Positions 27,765 to 38,977 of a DNA stretch of 64,000 nt are shown here, one piece after another; the first letter of the stretch is position 1, and every line of letters begins with the position of its first letter. The stretch comes from an uncultured Methanomassiliicoccales archaeon (lineage in GTDB: Archaea; Thermoplasmatota; Thermoplasmata; Methanomassiliicoccales; UBA472): positions 16,724-80,723 of the forward strand of contig CAVQBH010000014.1 in the NCBI GenBank assembly GCA_963710685.1, given 5' to 3'. The notes under the pieces were generated by a model. It was not told the DNA's origin, ran no database searches, and worked only from the letters and a program-made list of their open reading frames with translations. A program made the position numbers and the translations under genes.

Positions 27765-28425
27765 CTCGAAAGGTCATCCGTCGAATCGCCCGAGAGACGG
27801 GTTTGTCTCGGCGAGAACTCTGGGCACGCTGTTGCTCGGCCTCGCCATCGCCAGCGTGGCGGCCGTAGTCGCTCTTCTCCTAAGCCAGCGGGACAAGGCG
27901 GCCGGTCCTTCAAAGCCGGATCACCCACGTCGCCTAGTGGACTTCACTCTCACCGACCGAACTGGCCGGACGGTCACGCAGGCCGACCTGGCCGGGAAGA
28001 TTCTGGTTGTCAATTTCGTGTTCACCAGTTGCTTGTTGAGCTGCCGGGCCGTCAATGACCGCATGGCGGAGATTCAAGGTCTTCTCGGTGATGCCGAGGA
28101 CGTTCGATTGGTGTCGCTGACCGTTGACCCGCGCACCGACACACCCTCGGTCCTCTCGAAGTTTGCAGATGGCTTTCATGCAGACACAAATCGCTGGCTG
28201 TTCCTGACCGGCAACAAAACCGAGCTTTACGGCCTCATCGAGACCAGCTTCATTTCCAAAGCGCCCGAGTTGGAACCATTCATTCCGGGTGGATTCGCCA
28301 GCACGGACCGCATCATGCTGGTTGATGGGAATGGTTTGGTCCGTGGTTCCTTCAACGGATTGAAGCGGGGTGTGGCCGATGCCGTGGTCAGCGAGATTAG
28401 GAAACTCCGCATAATACCAACCTGA
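27761..28425 (+). CDS. SCO1/SenC family protein (start uncertain)
   Basis: DFTLTD..G, NFVFTSCLLSC, SLTVDP.TDTP and WLFLTG. Confidence 0.85.
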
Positions 28426-28426
28426 G

Positions 28427-28783
28427 ATGAAACACAGATTCCTCCTGCTCATCACCACCTTGAGCTTCAGCCTTTTCGATCTGCAATCCCGCCCGCGCGC
28501 ACGAATCTGCCCTTGCACAACAACCCGGTCCACTACGTCAGTGGCGTTATTCGGGAAATCGGCTCCGGACCGAACGAAGGCCGTAATCCGACATGAAGCC
28601 ATTCCGGATTACATGCCCGCAATGACCATGGAATTCAACGTGCACAACACGAACGAACTCAGCGGCTTGCGTCCAGGCGATGCCATCACCTTCCGGCTAA
28701 CCACCACAGACGATGCGCACTGGATCGACCTGGTTCGCAAGACTGGCATTGCGACAAATGGCCTGGCCGATGTGCCGACGTAG
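28427..28783 (+). CDS. CusF-like copper-binding protein (probably a CusF-SCO fusion cut at the junction)
   Basis: [17 protein letters not shown] and L.PGD.I.F.L; the stop coincides with the genome junction. Confidence 0.75.
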   Translation: MKHRFLLLITTLSFSLFDLQSRPRARICPCTTTRSTTSVALFGKSAPDRTKAVIRHEAIPDYMPAMTMEFNVHNTNELSGLRPGDAITFRLTTTDDAHWIDLVRKTGIATNGLADVPT

Positions 28784-28790
28784 CGGACTA
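28775..28790. other. Junction between bacterial (Verrucomicrobiota-like) and archaeal (Methanomassiliicoccales-like) sequence
   Basis: The CusF-like gene stops and a 5'-truncated archaeal thiolase starts mid-gene (ADYSG). Codon usage switches (AGG, ATA) and all downstream marker genes are archaeal. Confidence 0.9.
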
Positions 28791-29747
28791 CTCGGGCATG
28801 GCCCGGGACAACATCCCGGCGACCCGGGTGGAAGCGGCCGGGGCGTCCGGCGGCCTGGCCCTGCGCCAGGGGTACATGGCGGTAGCGTCCGGCATGCACG
28901 ACATCGTGGTCGTCGGCGGTGCGGAGAAGATGACCGACGTGGGTGACAACGAATCGAACGAGATCCAGTCGTCGGCGGCGGACGAGCAGTGGGAGGTGAC
29001 GTTCGGAGCGACGTTCCCCTCGCTGCACGCCATGATCGCTCGGCGGCATATGCACGATTTCGGCACCACCCGGGAGCAGATCGCCCAGGTGGCGGTCAAG
29101 AACCACAAGCACGGGTCGTTGAACCCCAAGGCCCAGTACCAGAAGGAGATCAGCCTGGACACGGTGCTCAGGTCGCCCCTGGTCTCCGACCCGCTGGGCA
29201 TGTTCGACTGCGCCCCCAACTCGGACGGTGCGGCGGCGGTCGTGCTGTGCGCCATGGAGAAGGCAAGAAGTACACCGAGACGCCGGTCAAGATACTGGCA
29301 TCCGGACAGGCGTCCGACACGCTGGCGTTGCACCACCGCAACAGCATCGTCGGGTTCGCCGCCACCAGGGTCGCGGCGGACCGGGCGTTCAAGCAGGCCA
29401 GGCTGACGCCGAAGGACGTCAACTTCGCCGAGGTGCATGACAACTTCACCATATCGGAGATACTGGCGATCGAGGACCTGGGCTTCTTCCAGAAGGGAGA
29501 GGGCGGAAAGGCCACCATGGACGGGCAGACGCTGCTGGGCGGAAAGATCGCCATCAACACCTCCGGCGGCCTGAAGGCCCGGGGAGACCCGATCGGCGCC
29601 ACCGGGGTCGCGCAGATCGTCGAGGTCGTCACCCAGCTGCGCGGGCAGGCGGGAAAGCGCCAGGTGGCCGACGCCAAGGTCGGTCTGGCCCAGAACGTCG
29701 GAGGCACCGGCGCGACCGCCGTCGTCCACATCCTGGGGGTGGCCTGA
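28781..29747 (+). CDS. Archaeal thiolase-family protein, 5'-truncated, frameshift near 29262
   Basis: [53 protein letters not shown] and NVGG. Confidence 0.9.
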
Positions 29748-30151
29748 TGGCGACCGCCAGGTTCTGGAGGGAGAACGCCTCCCGGTACAACATGACCGGC
29801 GCGCAGTGCACCGTCTGCGGGAAGGTCCATTTCCCCCCGCGTTCGGTCTGCCCGACCTGCCACCGCAAGTCCATCGGGAAGATCGTGCCGCTCAAGCTGA
29901 AGGGCGAGGGCGAGGTCTTCTCCTACACGGTGGTGCACGAGGCGCCGAGCCAGTTCGAGATGCAGAAGCCCTACATCATGGCCATCATCCGCATGAAGGA
30001 GGGGGTCATGGTGACCGGGCAGCTCATCGACGTGGAGGCGGACGAACTGGCCATCGGGATGAAGGTGAAGGCCACCTTGAGGAAGCTGGGATCGGACGGG
30101 CCGGGCGGGGTCATCCACTACGGCTACAAGTTCGCCCCGGTCAGGCAATAA
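29747..30151 (+). CDS. DUF35 Zn-ribbon/OB-fold protein (thiolase partner)
   Basis: CTVCG..FPPRSVCPTC and YGYKF.P; translationally coupled to the thiolase. Confidence 0.9.
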   Translation: MATARFWRENASRYNMTGAQCTVCGKVHFPPRSVCPTCHRKSIGKIVPLKLKGEGEVFSYTVVHEAPSQFEMQKPYIMAIIRMKEGVMVTGQLIDVEADELAIGMKVKATLRKLGSDGPGGVIHYGYKFAPVRQ

Positions 30152-30340
30152 GCACCTCGGTACGGCGAAACATTTCCCTTTCATTTTTTTCTCGTGAACT
30201 ACCATCTACGCATCACGTTGCGGTCCAGTTACCGTCCAGGAAAGGCAATGGCCGCCGCCGGTAAGGCCGAAGAGGTCCGACCCCCGGGAACCGATGGTGT
30301 TCATTTCGCCGGACGGATCTGTACCCTTCAGGGATGTCCT

Positions 30341-30802
30341 ATGATGCCTGAGCTCAAGACCGTGGACCACGTGGACGTGGCAAGGTACATGGGGACATGG
30401 TACGAGATAGCGAAGTTCCCGCAGAGGTTCGAGAAGGGTCTGGTCGGCGTGACGGCGGACTATACGCTGCTTCCGAACGGCAAGGTCCAGGGTCCTGAAC
30501 GGCGGATACGGGGGGACTTCAACGGCAAACTCAGGTCCGCCAAGGGCAAGGCGTGGATCGTCGACCGGGCGTCCAACGCCAAGCTCAAGGTGAGCTTCTT
30601 CTGGCCCTTCGCCGCCGACTACTGGATACTGGAGCTTGGAAACGACTACGAATACTCGGCGGTGGGCGAACCGGTCGCGCAGATATCTCTGGATCCTGTC
30701 CAGGACGCCGCAGATGGACAACGCCGTCTACGAGGACCTGCTCGAACGGCTAAAAGAAAAGGGTTCGACGTTTCCAGGCTGGAAAAGAACCCGCAAAAGT
30801 AG
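30341..30802 (+). CDS. Blc-type lipocalin without signal peptide (frameshifted)
   Basis: VDVARYMGTWYEIA, AKLKVSFFWPF.ADYWIL and YLWILSRTP. Confidence 0.85.
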   Translation: MMPELKTVDHVDVARYMGTWYEIAKFPQRFEKGLVGVTADYTLLPNGKVQGPERRIRGDFNGKLRSAKGKAWIVDRASNAKLKVSFFWPFAADYWILELGNDYEYSAVGEPVAQISLDPVQDAADGQRRLRGPARTAKRKGFDVSRLEKNPQK

Positions 30803-30871
30803 GCGAGGTCTCGCCTGATGGCGGTCATCCCAAGGTTGAGCAGGACCGGACCGGAAAACCATCTGGCCGTT

Positions 30872-33800
30872 CTATTCGACCGTCAGCTCGAACTCTGATT
30901 CGAAGCCGACCAGCTCCTCCGAGGCGACCGACTTGCAGGACAGCATGAGCCTGAGGACCGACGGTGCCGGAGATTTCGGCCTGATCGACACCTCGATGGT
31001 CCTCTTCTCGTCCTTGGGCAGCCTGTCGATGCCGGTGAGGCCCTTGACCTCGACATCCCCGAGCGATCTCGATGTTGATCTCCCTGGCCACCGCGGTTGC
31101 CGTCGTTGCTGACGTGCAGCCGCACCTTGGCCCATGCGCCTTTCTTCGGTTCGTCCAGGAAATCGATGTCGATGCCGATGTCAGGCATCATGAGCTGTTT
31201 CTGCTCCTCCACCTTGGCCACCGCCTCGCTCAGTAGCTCCAGACGCCTGCTTGGTGTCGATGTTGCGCAGGGCGTCCGCCTTCTTCAGCATCTGTTCCGC
31301 CGCCACGACCGGCATGCCCGCGGCCCTGAGCTTGTCCAGCTCCGCCTTCAGCTTGGTGCGGGACTGGCCGGAACTCCTCGTTCGCGACGCGCTGGCCGTC
31401 CCGATGAGGAGCTCGCTATTGCTCCAGCGTCCGGAACGCCTCCCCGATGTCCTGGGTCAGCATGACCCCGGTGGCGCTGGTGTACAGCCCCTCGCTGATG
31501 TTGACCTCCAGGCCGGACCTCCTTGGCCTTGGCGATCTCGTCCGCCACCTTCATGCGTTTGCGGTCGAACTCCTCGAGGACCACCTGGCGCAGCGTGCGG
31601 ATGCCCGCGTTCAGGGCCTCCAGCTCCTTGGAGCCGTAGTTCCCGGCCTTGATCTCCTGCAGGCGCAGCACGCCGGGCGGCAGTTTCGACCGGGCGTAGC
31701 CGATCTCGTTCAGCAGCTTGTAGAGCGACTGTCAGCTCCTCATGGTCCCGGGCCGATTCCTGCGGACGACCGCTCTGGCACCTGGGCCTTAGCCCGGCGC
31801 AGGAAGAGCGACGATCTCTCGAAATCCATCGCCAGCAGCGCCTCGTCCGCCTGGTCCAGCAGCGTCCCGATGTTGGCCTGCTCGTCGCTCTCGTCCAGGT
31901 ACTGGAAGTCATGCCGGAGCGATTGCAGCTCGGTCATCCTGGCCTCGAACATCTCGCGCAATTGGCCCAGTTCGTCCCGGCAGCGCATGGCCAGTGCGCT
32001 GGCCTCCGCGAAGGCCCGTGGCCTTCATGCTTGTCCTCGGCCTTGGCCATGCAGCTGCCTCAGCTCCTCCGAGTACACCCCGGAGGCGGCCGCCTCGTCG
32101 AACTTGGAGCGCACCTCGGCTATGCGTCCGCTGGGCGGAGTCCCGGATGTCCTTGACCTTGACCAGCTCCTCCTCGTAGGTGCGGACCAGCGGCAGCACG
32201 TCCCGGAACCGGCGCTGGTTGATGCGCTCGTTGACGTCCCGGCGTATCCGGTCCACGATGACCAGGTCCGGTCCCTCCATCTCCTCCCGCCGCAGCCTGA
32301 GGTCGACCTCCTCCAGCTTCCGGGAGGCCATCATGTCCATGAGATGGGCCGCCTGGTCCACCGCACGCTTGGAGAGCTCCATGGCCAGCGGGTGGTTGCC
32401 CTGCTTCTGGATGATGCGGGCCTGGTTCATCATCTCCACCGCCGGCGAGACGTTCACCCCCAGGTCCTGTATCGCCTTGAGCGTGGCCATGGTGCGGTCG
32501 ATCTGCTCGGTGGCCTTCTGCTCCATGAGCATGAGCTGGTCCAGTTCGCCGCGTGCCATCTGGGATGCCCTGAGCGCGTCCAGGTAGCGTTTCTCGGCCA
32601 GCAGGCTGGATGGACTTGGCCAGTATCTGCTGCGGCGAGCTGATGTCGATGCCGGCCGCCTTGGTCCGGTCCATCAGCGCGCGGCAGAGCCCGATCTCCC
32701 GGGAGATCCCGGCGGCCAGCTGGTCCTTGATCATGTCGATGCCGCTGTTCATCGTCTTGAGCGCCGTCAGGTGCTCCTTCCTTCTCCTCCAGCTCCGATG
32801 CCGCCGGATGACGCCTGTGCCGACGACGTGTCCACGCCCAGTGTGTCCATGGCCAGGACCAGCTCCTTGGCCTCCTGTACCTTCCTTGCCGCCATGAACG
32901 GGGCCACGATGACCTCCGTCTCGGCGTAGGCTGCCGCGGAGGTGGCCCTGGCATCCGCATACCGGCCGCTCTCGAACATGCGCTTCGTCCGCAGCAGGAG
33001 GTCGGTGGCCTTCCGGGTGTCGATGCCCTTGCGAGTCCGCCTCTTCCAGCAGGTTGGATATCTCCACGATCGGTCGTAGATCTCCACGTGCAGGCTGACA
33101 GCTGCTTCAGGCTGGTACGATGCCTCCTTCAGGTTCTGGTAGGCCTTTTCGAACCCCCCTTCCTTGAGCGCCTGGCCCGCCTCCTCCAGGAGGTGCTCGG
33201 GCTTCATGACCTCGACCCCCTTCTTGCGCTCCAGGGAGATCGAGCGGGAGGTGGTGGCCATCTCCCTGGTGAGCTCGTCCATCATGATCGAATGGGAGAA
33301 CTGGATGACATCGTTGGCGGTGCGCAGGGCCTGCATGGTGCTGTTCTTGCCCTCAGTTCGTCCGCCTTGGACATCTTGTCCTTGAGCGTGACGCTCTCGC
33401 AGTTGAGCTCCTTCAGGATGCCCAGCATGGAGCGGGCCTCTCCCAGCCTGGTCTCCAGGGCCTGCTTCTCCTCCCGGTTCAACGACTCGGCCGACTCCGC
33501 CGCCAGATCAAAGGCGTTCACGAACTCCTTCTTCTCCATCGCCATCCTCGCCTGCTCCAGCATGGCCGCGGCGCTGCTCACGTCCATGGACCCCTTGTAC
33601 GCCTCGACGTTCGCCCGGCCCTCGTCCAGCGCCTTCTGGACCTGGAACCGGAGCTTGGCGTCGGTGGTGTCAGCGCATTTCGCCAGCAGTTCCGGGGCCA
33701 CCGAGAACTCGCCCCGCTTGATGAGGTCCACGATCTTCTCCAGCATGCCCGTTTCTTCGGCGACGTCGACACCGATGCGGGCCGCCCCGGCGAACTTGAT

Positions 33801-35222
33801 CTCGATCGCCATCACGTCCTTGGCGTAATGCTCCTCCAGCTGCTTGTTGAGCTCCGACTGGGCCTCCTTGAGCAGTCCCGCGGCGCTGATGAACTCCTGC
33901 GCCAGGGTCGCCCTCCTCGCCGAGTCCATGAAGCTCTTGGCGGTGGCCGTGTCCAGCTTCAGGTTCTCCGCGCTGGTCATGGCGGACCTGGTCCTGGCCA
34001 GCTCGGATTCCAGGTCGGCCAGCCCCTTTAATGCGGTCTCGATCTCGGTTTCCGCCGCCGCCACCTGATCCATCGCCTCGGCGATCTCCGAGTCGGCCAG
34101 GGCCGCCCTCGCCGCCTCTATCTTCTTCGACGCGCCGCCGAGGTCGATGCTCAGGCGCTTGGCGATGAGCAGTTTCGGGCGTAGCTTCTGCAGCGCCTCG
34201 GTGATCAGTGCGGTCTCCTTCTCATGGAGCATGGCCTTCACCAGCCTGGCGCCCTCCACCGTTTCGGCGAACCTGGAATCCTTCAAGCAGGTCCTTCTGC
34301 AGGGCGATGTGGGAGGCGATCTCCTTCACATCGACGCCGTTCTCCTTCAGGACCGTGCTCCTCTTCCGCAGCGACAGAAGTTCCGCGGCGAATCCCTTGG
34401 AAACCGCCTTCAGCTGCTCCGCCTCGGCCGCCGAGAGGGCGGCGAACGCTTCCTCGAACGAGCCCTGCTGCCAGCAGCGCCTGGGCCTTCTTCAGCGACC
34501 TCTCCACCTTGGACAGGTCGATGGCCACCTCGACGTGGTACTGGGAGACGTCCATCATGCTGTCAGCCCGGTTCTGGAACTTCTCCCCGAGCGCTGACTC
34601 CAGCGATTCCAGGCAGGATGCCAGCTTCTCCATCGACGAGGGCACCTGGGCTTTCTTCGAGCGAGTCCCTGGCCTCGGCCAGCTACTGCCGCTCGGCATC
34701 GACCGGGATGCCCTGCCCCTCGGCCAGGAGCAGCACCGTCTGGGCTTCCCCGAAGGCCGTTGCCATGTAGCGGTTGACCAGCTTCTCCACCTTGTCCCAG
34801 AGGTCCTTGGACATGGCGAAGGCGTCCTCCAGGGATCCCCTGGTCAGTGCGGACCTGGCCTCCTGGGACAGGCGGGAGAGGTCATCGGCCTTGGTGCCCC
34901 TCTTCTCCACCAGCGTCCTCAGCTCGTCCGCGTCGTCGAGCATGGAGGCGACCCGGTCCCTCTGGGCCCTGTGCGACGCCTCCAGGCTCTTGGTGGACAG
35001 CCCGACGGATGAACGGTAATCCTTTTCCTTGAAAAACGAGCTCGCCTCGGTCAGGAACTTCTCCGCCTCCGCCGCTGGGGCGTCCATCCTCTTCACCAGC
35101 TTGAGAGAGTCCTCTGCCTGGACCAGCTTCTCCTCCGCTGCCTCGCGGCTTTTAGCTGCCTCCTTTGCCTTCTGCTCAATCTGCTTCTTGAGCTGCAGCT
35201 GTTTTATGTAATCTCCAGTCAA
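30872..35222 (-). CDS. Very large (~1,450 aa) helical-repeat/coiled-coil protein, many apparent frameshifts
   Basis: Successive minus-strand ORFs (34683-35222, 33282-34286, 32767-33336, 31909-32559, 30872-31221) share a (K/R).G(I/V)D(V/T)..A..(L/M)..A pattern; beta-rich C-terminus. Confidence 0.65.
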
Positions 35223-35350
35223 ACGAAATCAGCCCCGAGAGCCGATATGACCGCCATTTCCTGCGACATGGGAAGGGTTGTTGCGCGATTAGGCCTATAC
35301 GGATATACCTTTTCCCAGGATTCCGAAATAATGGTAATTTGTGCGCCCGG

Positions 35351-35840
35351 TCAGCGCTTCAGGATCTCGACGAAGGCCACCCGCTCCAGCACGAGGTCGG
35401 TCGGCCTGCTCCTCCGGGACGGTCCCAAGCTCCCCGCTCTCGATGCCGTAGGCGATGGCCTTTTCTTGTGAGGGGAGCAGCACCAGGTCGTCCTTTATCA
35501 ACCCCAGCCGCCGCAGGACCTCTCCGGGGGCTTCACAGTCGAACAGGACCAGGGCGAAGTTCTTGGTCCCGTTCTTGATCCCCATCTTCACCTTGGCCTT
35601 GGATATCTGGCGTTCGCCGGAGGCGAACAGCATGGTCTCCATGGAGACCGCGCGGAGGCGTTGGTGCCTTGCTCGATGGCCCGCTTGGCATGGGCCACCG
35701 CCGCCTCCAGATGCGCCTTCCCGCAGACCATGTCCGCGTCCATCGGGAGCACCTCGCAGGGGAGCGACTGGACCTGTGCCATGAAGTCCGCGGCGCTGCA
35801 CGCCTCGCCCCTCGCACCCAGTATGAAGTACCGAGCTCAT
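35351..35840 (-). CDS. cgi121: KEOPS complex subunit Cgi121 (frameshifted)
   Basis: DADMVCGKAHL..A..HA.RA, ET.LFASGERQISKA...GIK and ERVAFVEI. Confidence 0.85.
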
Positions 35841-35999
35841 ATGCCGGTCCAACGGCAGGAGCGTATATATTGGTTTTTCCGGGCCGGAACGGGGCGCGAC
35901 CGCTTCTCCCAGCACTTCGTCCACGTCCCGGTTCAGCAGCTAGAAAGCATTATTAGGGCAAACGGGTTTTGTGGGCTCGTCTAGTTCATCGATACATGA

Positions 36000-36956
<957 letters not shown>

Positions 36957-36960
<4 letters not shown>

Positions 36961-38178
36961 GCTACACGGTCAAGTGCTTCGATTGCGGCAAGACCGTCAC
37001 CGACAACTACGCCGACGCCTGTCCGCACTGCGGGGGGCTGCTCAACGTCGAGATGGACCTGGAAAGGCTGTCCGACCTGACCCCGGCGGACCTGAGGAAG
37101 CGGCCGATGGGGGTCTGGCGCTACGCCCCGCTGCTCCCGGCCTGCGAGGCCAGGGCGATCACCCTGAAGGAGGGTGGCACCCCGCTCTACGACTGCCAGG
37201 CGATTGCCGCCAGGGCCAAGCTGAACAAGGTGTACGTCAAGTTCGAGGGGGCGAACCCGACCGGTTCGTTCAAGGACCGGGGCATGACCGTAGGCGTCAC
37301 CCGGGCGGTCGAGCTGGGCTGCAAGGTGGTGGGATGCGCCTCCACCGGCAACACCTCGGCGGCGCTTGCGGCGTACGCGGCCAAGGCAGGTCTGGAGTGC
37401 GTCGTGCTGCTGCCTTCCGGAAAGGTGGCCGCCGGCAAGCTGGCCCAGGCCATGTTCTACGGGGCCAAGGTCATATCGGTGGACGGCAACTTCGACGACG
37501 CCCTGAACATCGTCAAGAAGCTGGCGGCGGAAGGGGAACTGTACCTGCTGAACTCCATCAACCCGTTCCGGCCGGAGGGGCAGAAGACCGTGGCCTTCGA
37601 GATCATCGACCAGCTGGACTTCGAGCTGCCGGACCGGATCATCCTCCCGGTGGGCAATGCCGCCAACATCTGGGCGGTTTACAAGGGGTTCACCGAGTAC
37701 CGGCGGCTGGGCTGGATCGACCAGATCCCGAAACTGACCGGGGTCCAGGCGGCCGGCTCCGCACCGATCGTGGATGCGTACCGGCACGGCAAATCGGACT
37801 TCGTGCCGGAAGAGCACCCGGAGACCATCGCCACGGCCATCCGCATCGGCAACCCGGCATCGGGAAGGAAGGCGCTGAAGGCCATCTACGGCACCGGAGG
37901 CAGCGCCGTCGACGTCACCGACGACGAGATACCTCGCGGCCCAGCGCATCCTCGGCCGGTCCGAGGGCATCGGCGTGGAGCCGGCCAGCGCCGCCTCGAT
38001 CGCCGGGATGCTCAAGCTGGCGGAGATGGGGGAGATCGACAAGGACGAACGCGTCGTCTGCATCTGCACCGGCCACGTGCTCAAGGACCCGGACACGATC
38101 ATCAAGTCGTTCGGCAAGGTGCACCAGGCCAAGGCGGACCTGGCCTCGGTCAAGGCCTGCATCAACGCGAAGGTCTGA
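36957..38178 (+). CDS. thrC: Threonine synthase (frameshift near 37931)
   Basis: NPTGSFKDRG, CASTGNTSA, EGQKT, PVGNAAN, EPASAA and TGH.LKD. Confidence 0.93.
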
Positions 38179-38272
38179 ATCCCGCCCTCCTCACGTCCAG
38201 CAATTTAATCGCCGGGGCCGTAACAAAATCTATTACCCACAGGGCCGATACTTAGCAACGTCAGGGATTCAA

Positions 38273-38977
38273 ATGGACCATAGGCCGAGATACAGGACGC
38301 ACGTGCATGGGCTGGACGAGAACATCGGCGGGGGCATCCCGGAGGGAAGCGTGGTGCTCCTCTGCGGGACCGCCGGAACGATGAAATCGTCCCTCGCCTA
38401 CTACATGCTGTACACGAACGCCAAGGACGACGCGGTCCCCGGTCTCTACATCTCACTGGAGCAGTCGAGGGACAGCCTGCTGCGGCAGATGCACGGCCTG
38501 GGATTCGAGGGCAAGCTGAAGGCCAACCTGGACGTCCTGGACCTGGGCGAGCTGAGGAGGAAGACCGACGGCGCCAACTGGCTGGACACCTTCAAGTACG
38601 CCATCGAGGAGACCCGCAGGCGGTTGAAGTACGACCTGCTGGTGATAGACTCGCTGGGGGCCCTCACCCTGATATCGGAGTTCCAGCGTCCCCGGGAGGA
38701 GATCTTCCGGCTCTTCGAATGGCTGCGCTCCATGAACATCACCACCCTGGTGATCTCGGAGATGCCCGTGGGCACGTTCCAGTATTACGGCGGGGAGGAC
38801 ACGGACTTCCTGTCCGACGGGATACTGCACCTGAGGATGGTGGAGGTGGGGGAGACCGATGTGCAACGACGGCTTCGCTGTGTGAAACTGCGGGAAACGG
38901 ACCATTCGAGCAGCTACTTCTCCTTCTACTACAAGGATGCCAGCTTCTTCATCACCCGGGCCATAAGCGACATCTAG
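38273..38977 (+). CDS. KaiC/RAD55-family ATPase
   Basis: GLD..IGGGIP, GTAGTMKSS, YISLEQ, VIDSL and VKLR.T.H. Confidence 0.85.
   Translation: MDHRPRYRTHVHGLDENIGGGIPEGSVVLLCGTAGTMKSSLAYYMLYTNAKDDAVPGLYISLEQSRDSLLRQMHGLGFEGKLKANLDVLDLGELRRKTDGANWLDTFKYAIEETRRRLKYDLLVIDSLGALTLISEFQRPREEIFRLFEWLRSMNITTLVISEMPVGTFQYYGGEDTDFLSDGILHLRMVEVGETDVQRRLRCVKLRETDHSSSYFSFYYKDASFFITRAISDI

Noticed and set aside
28775-28790. Genuine inter-domain gene transfer of a 28-35 kb block
   Set aside because: Both flanking genes are cut mid-sequence, there is no mobility signature, and the archaeal side carries core genes.
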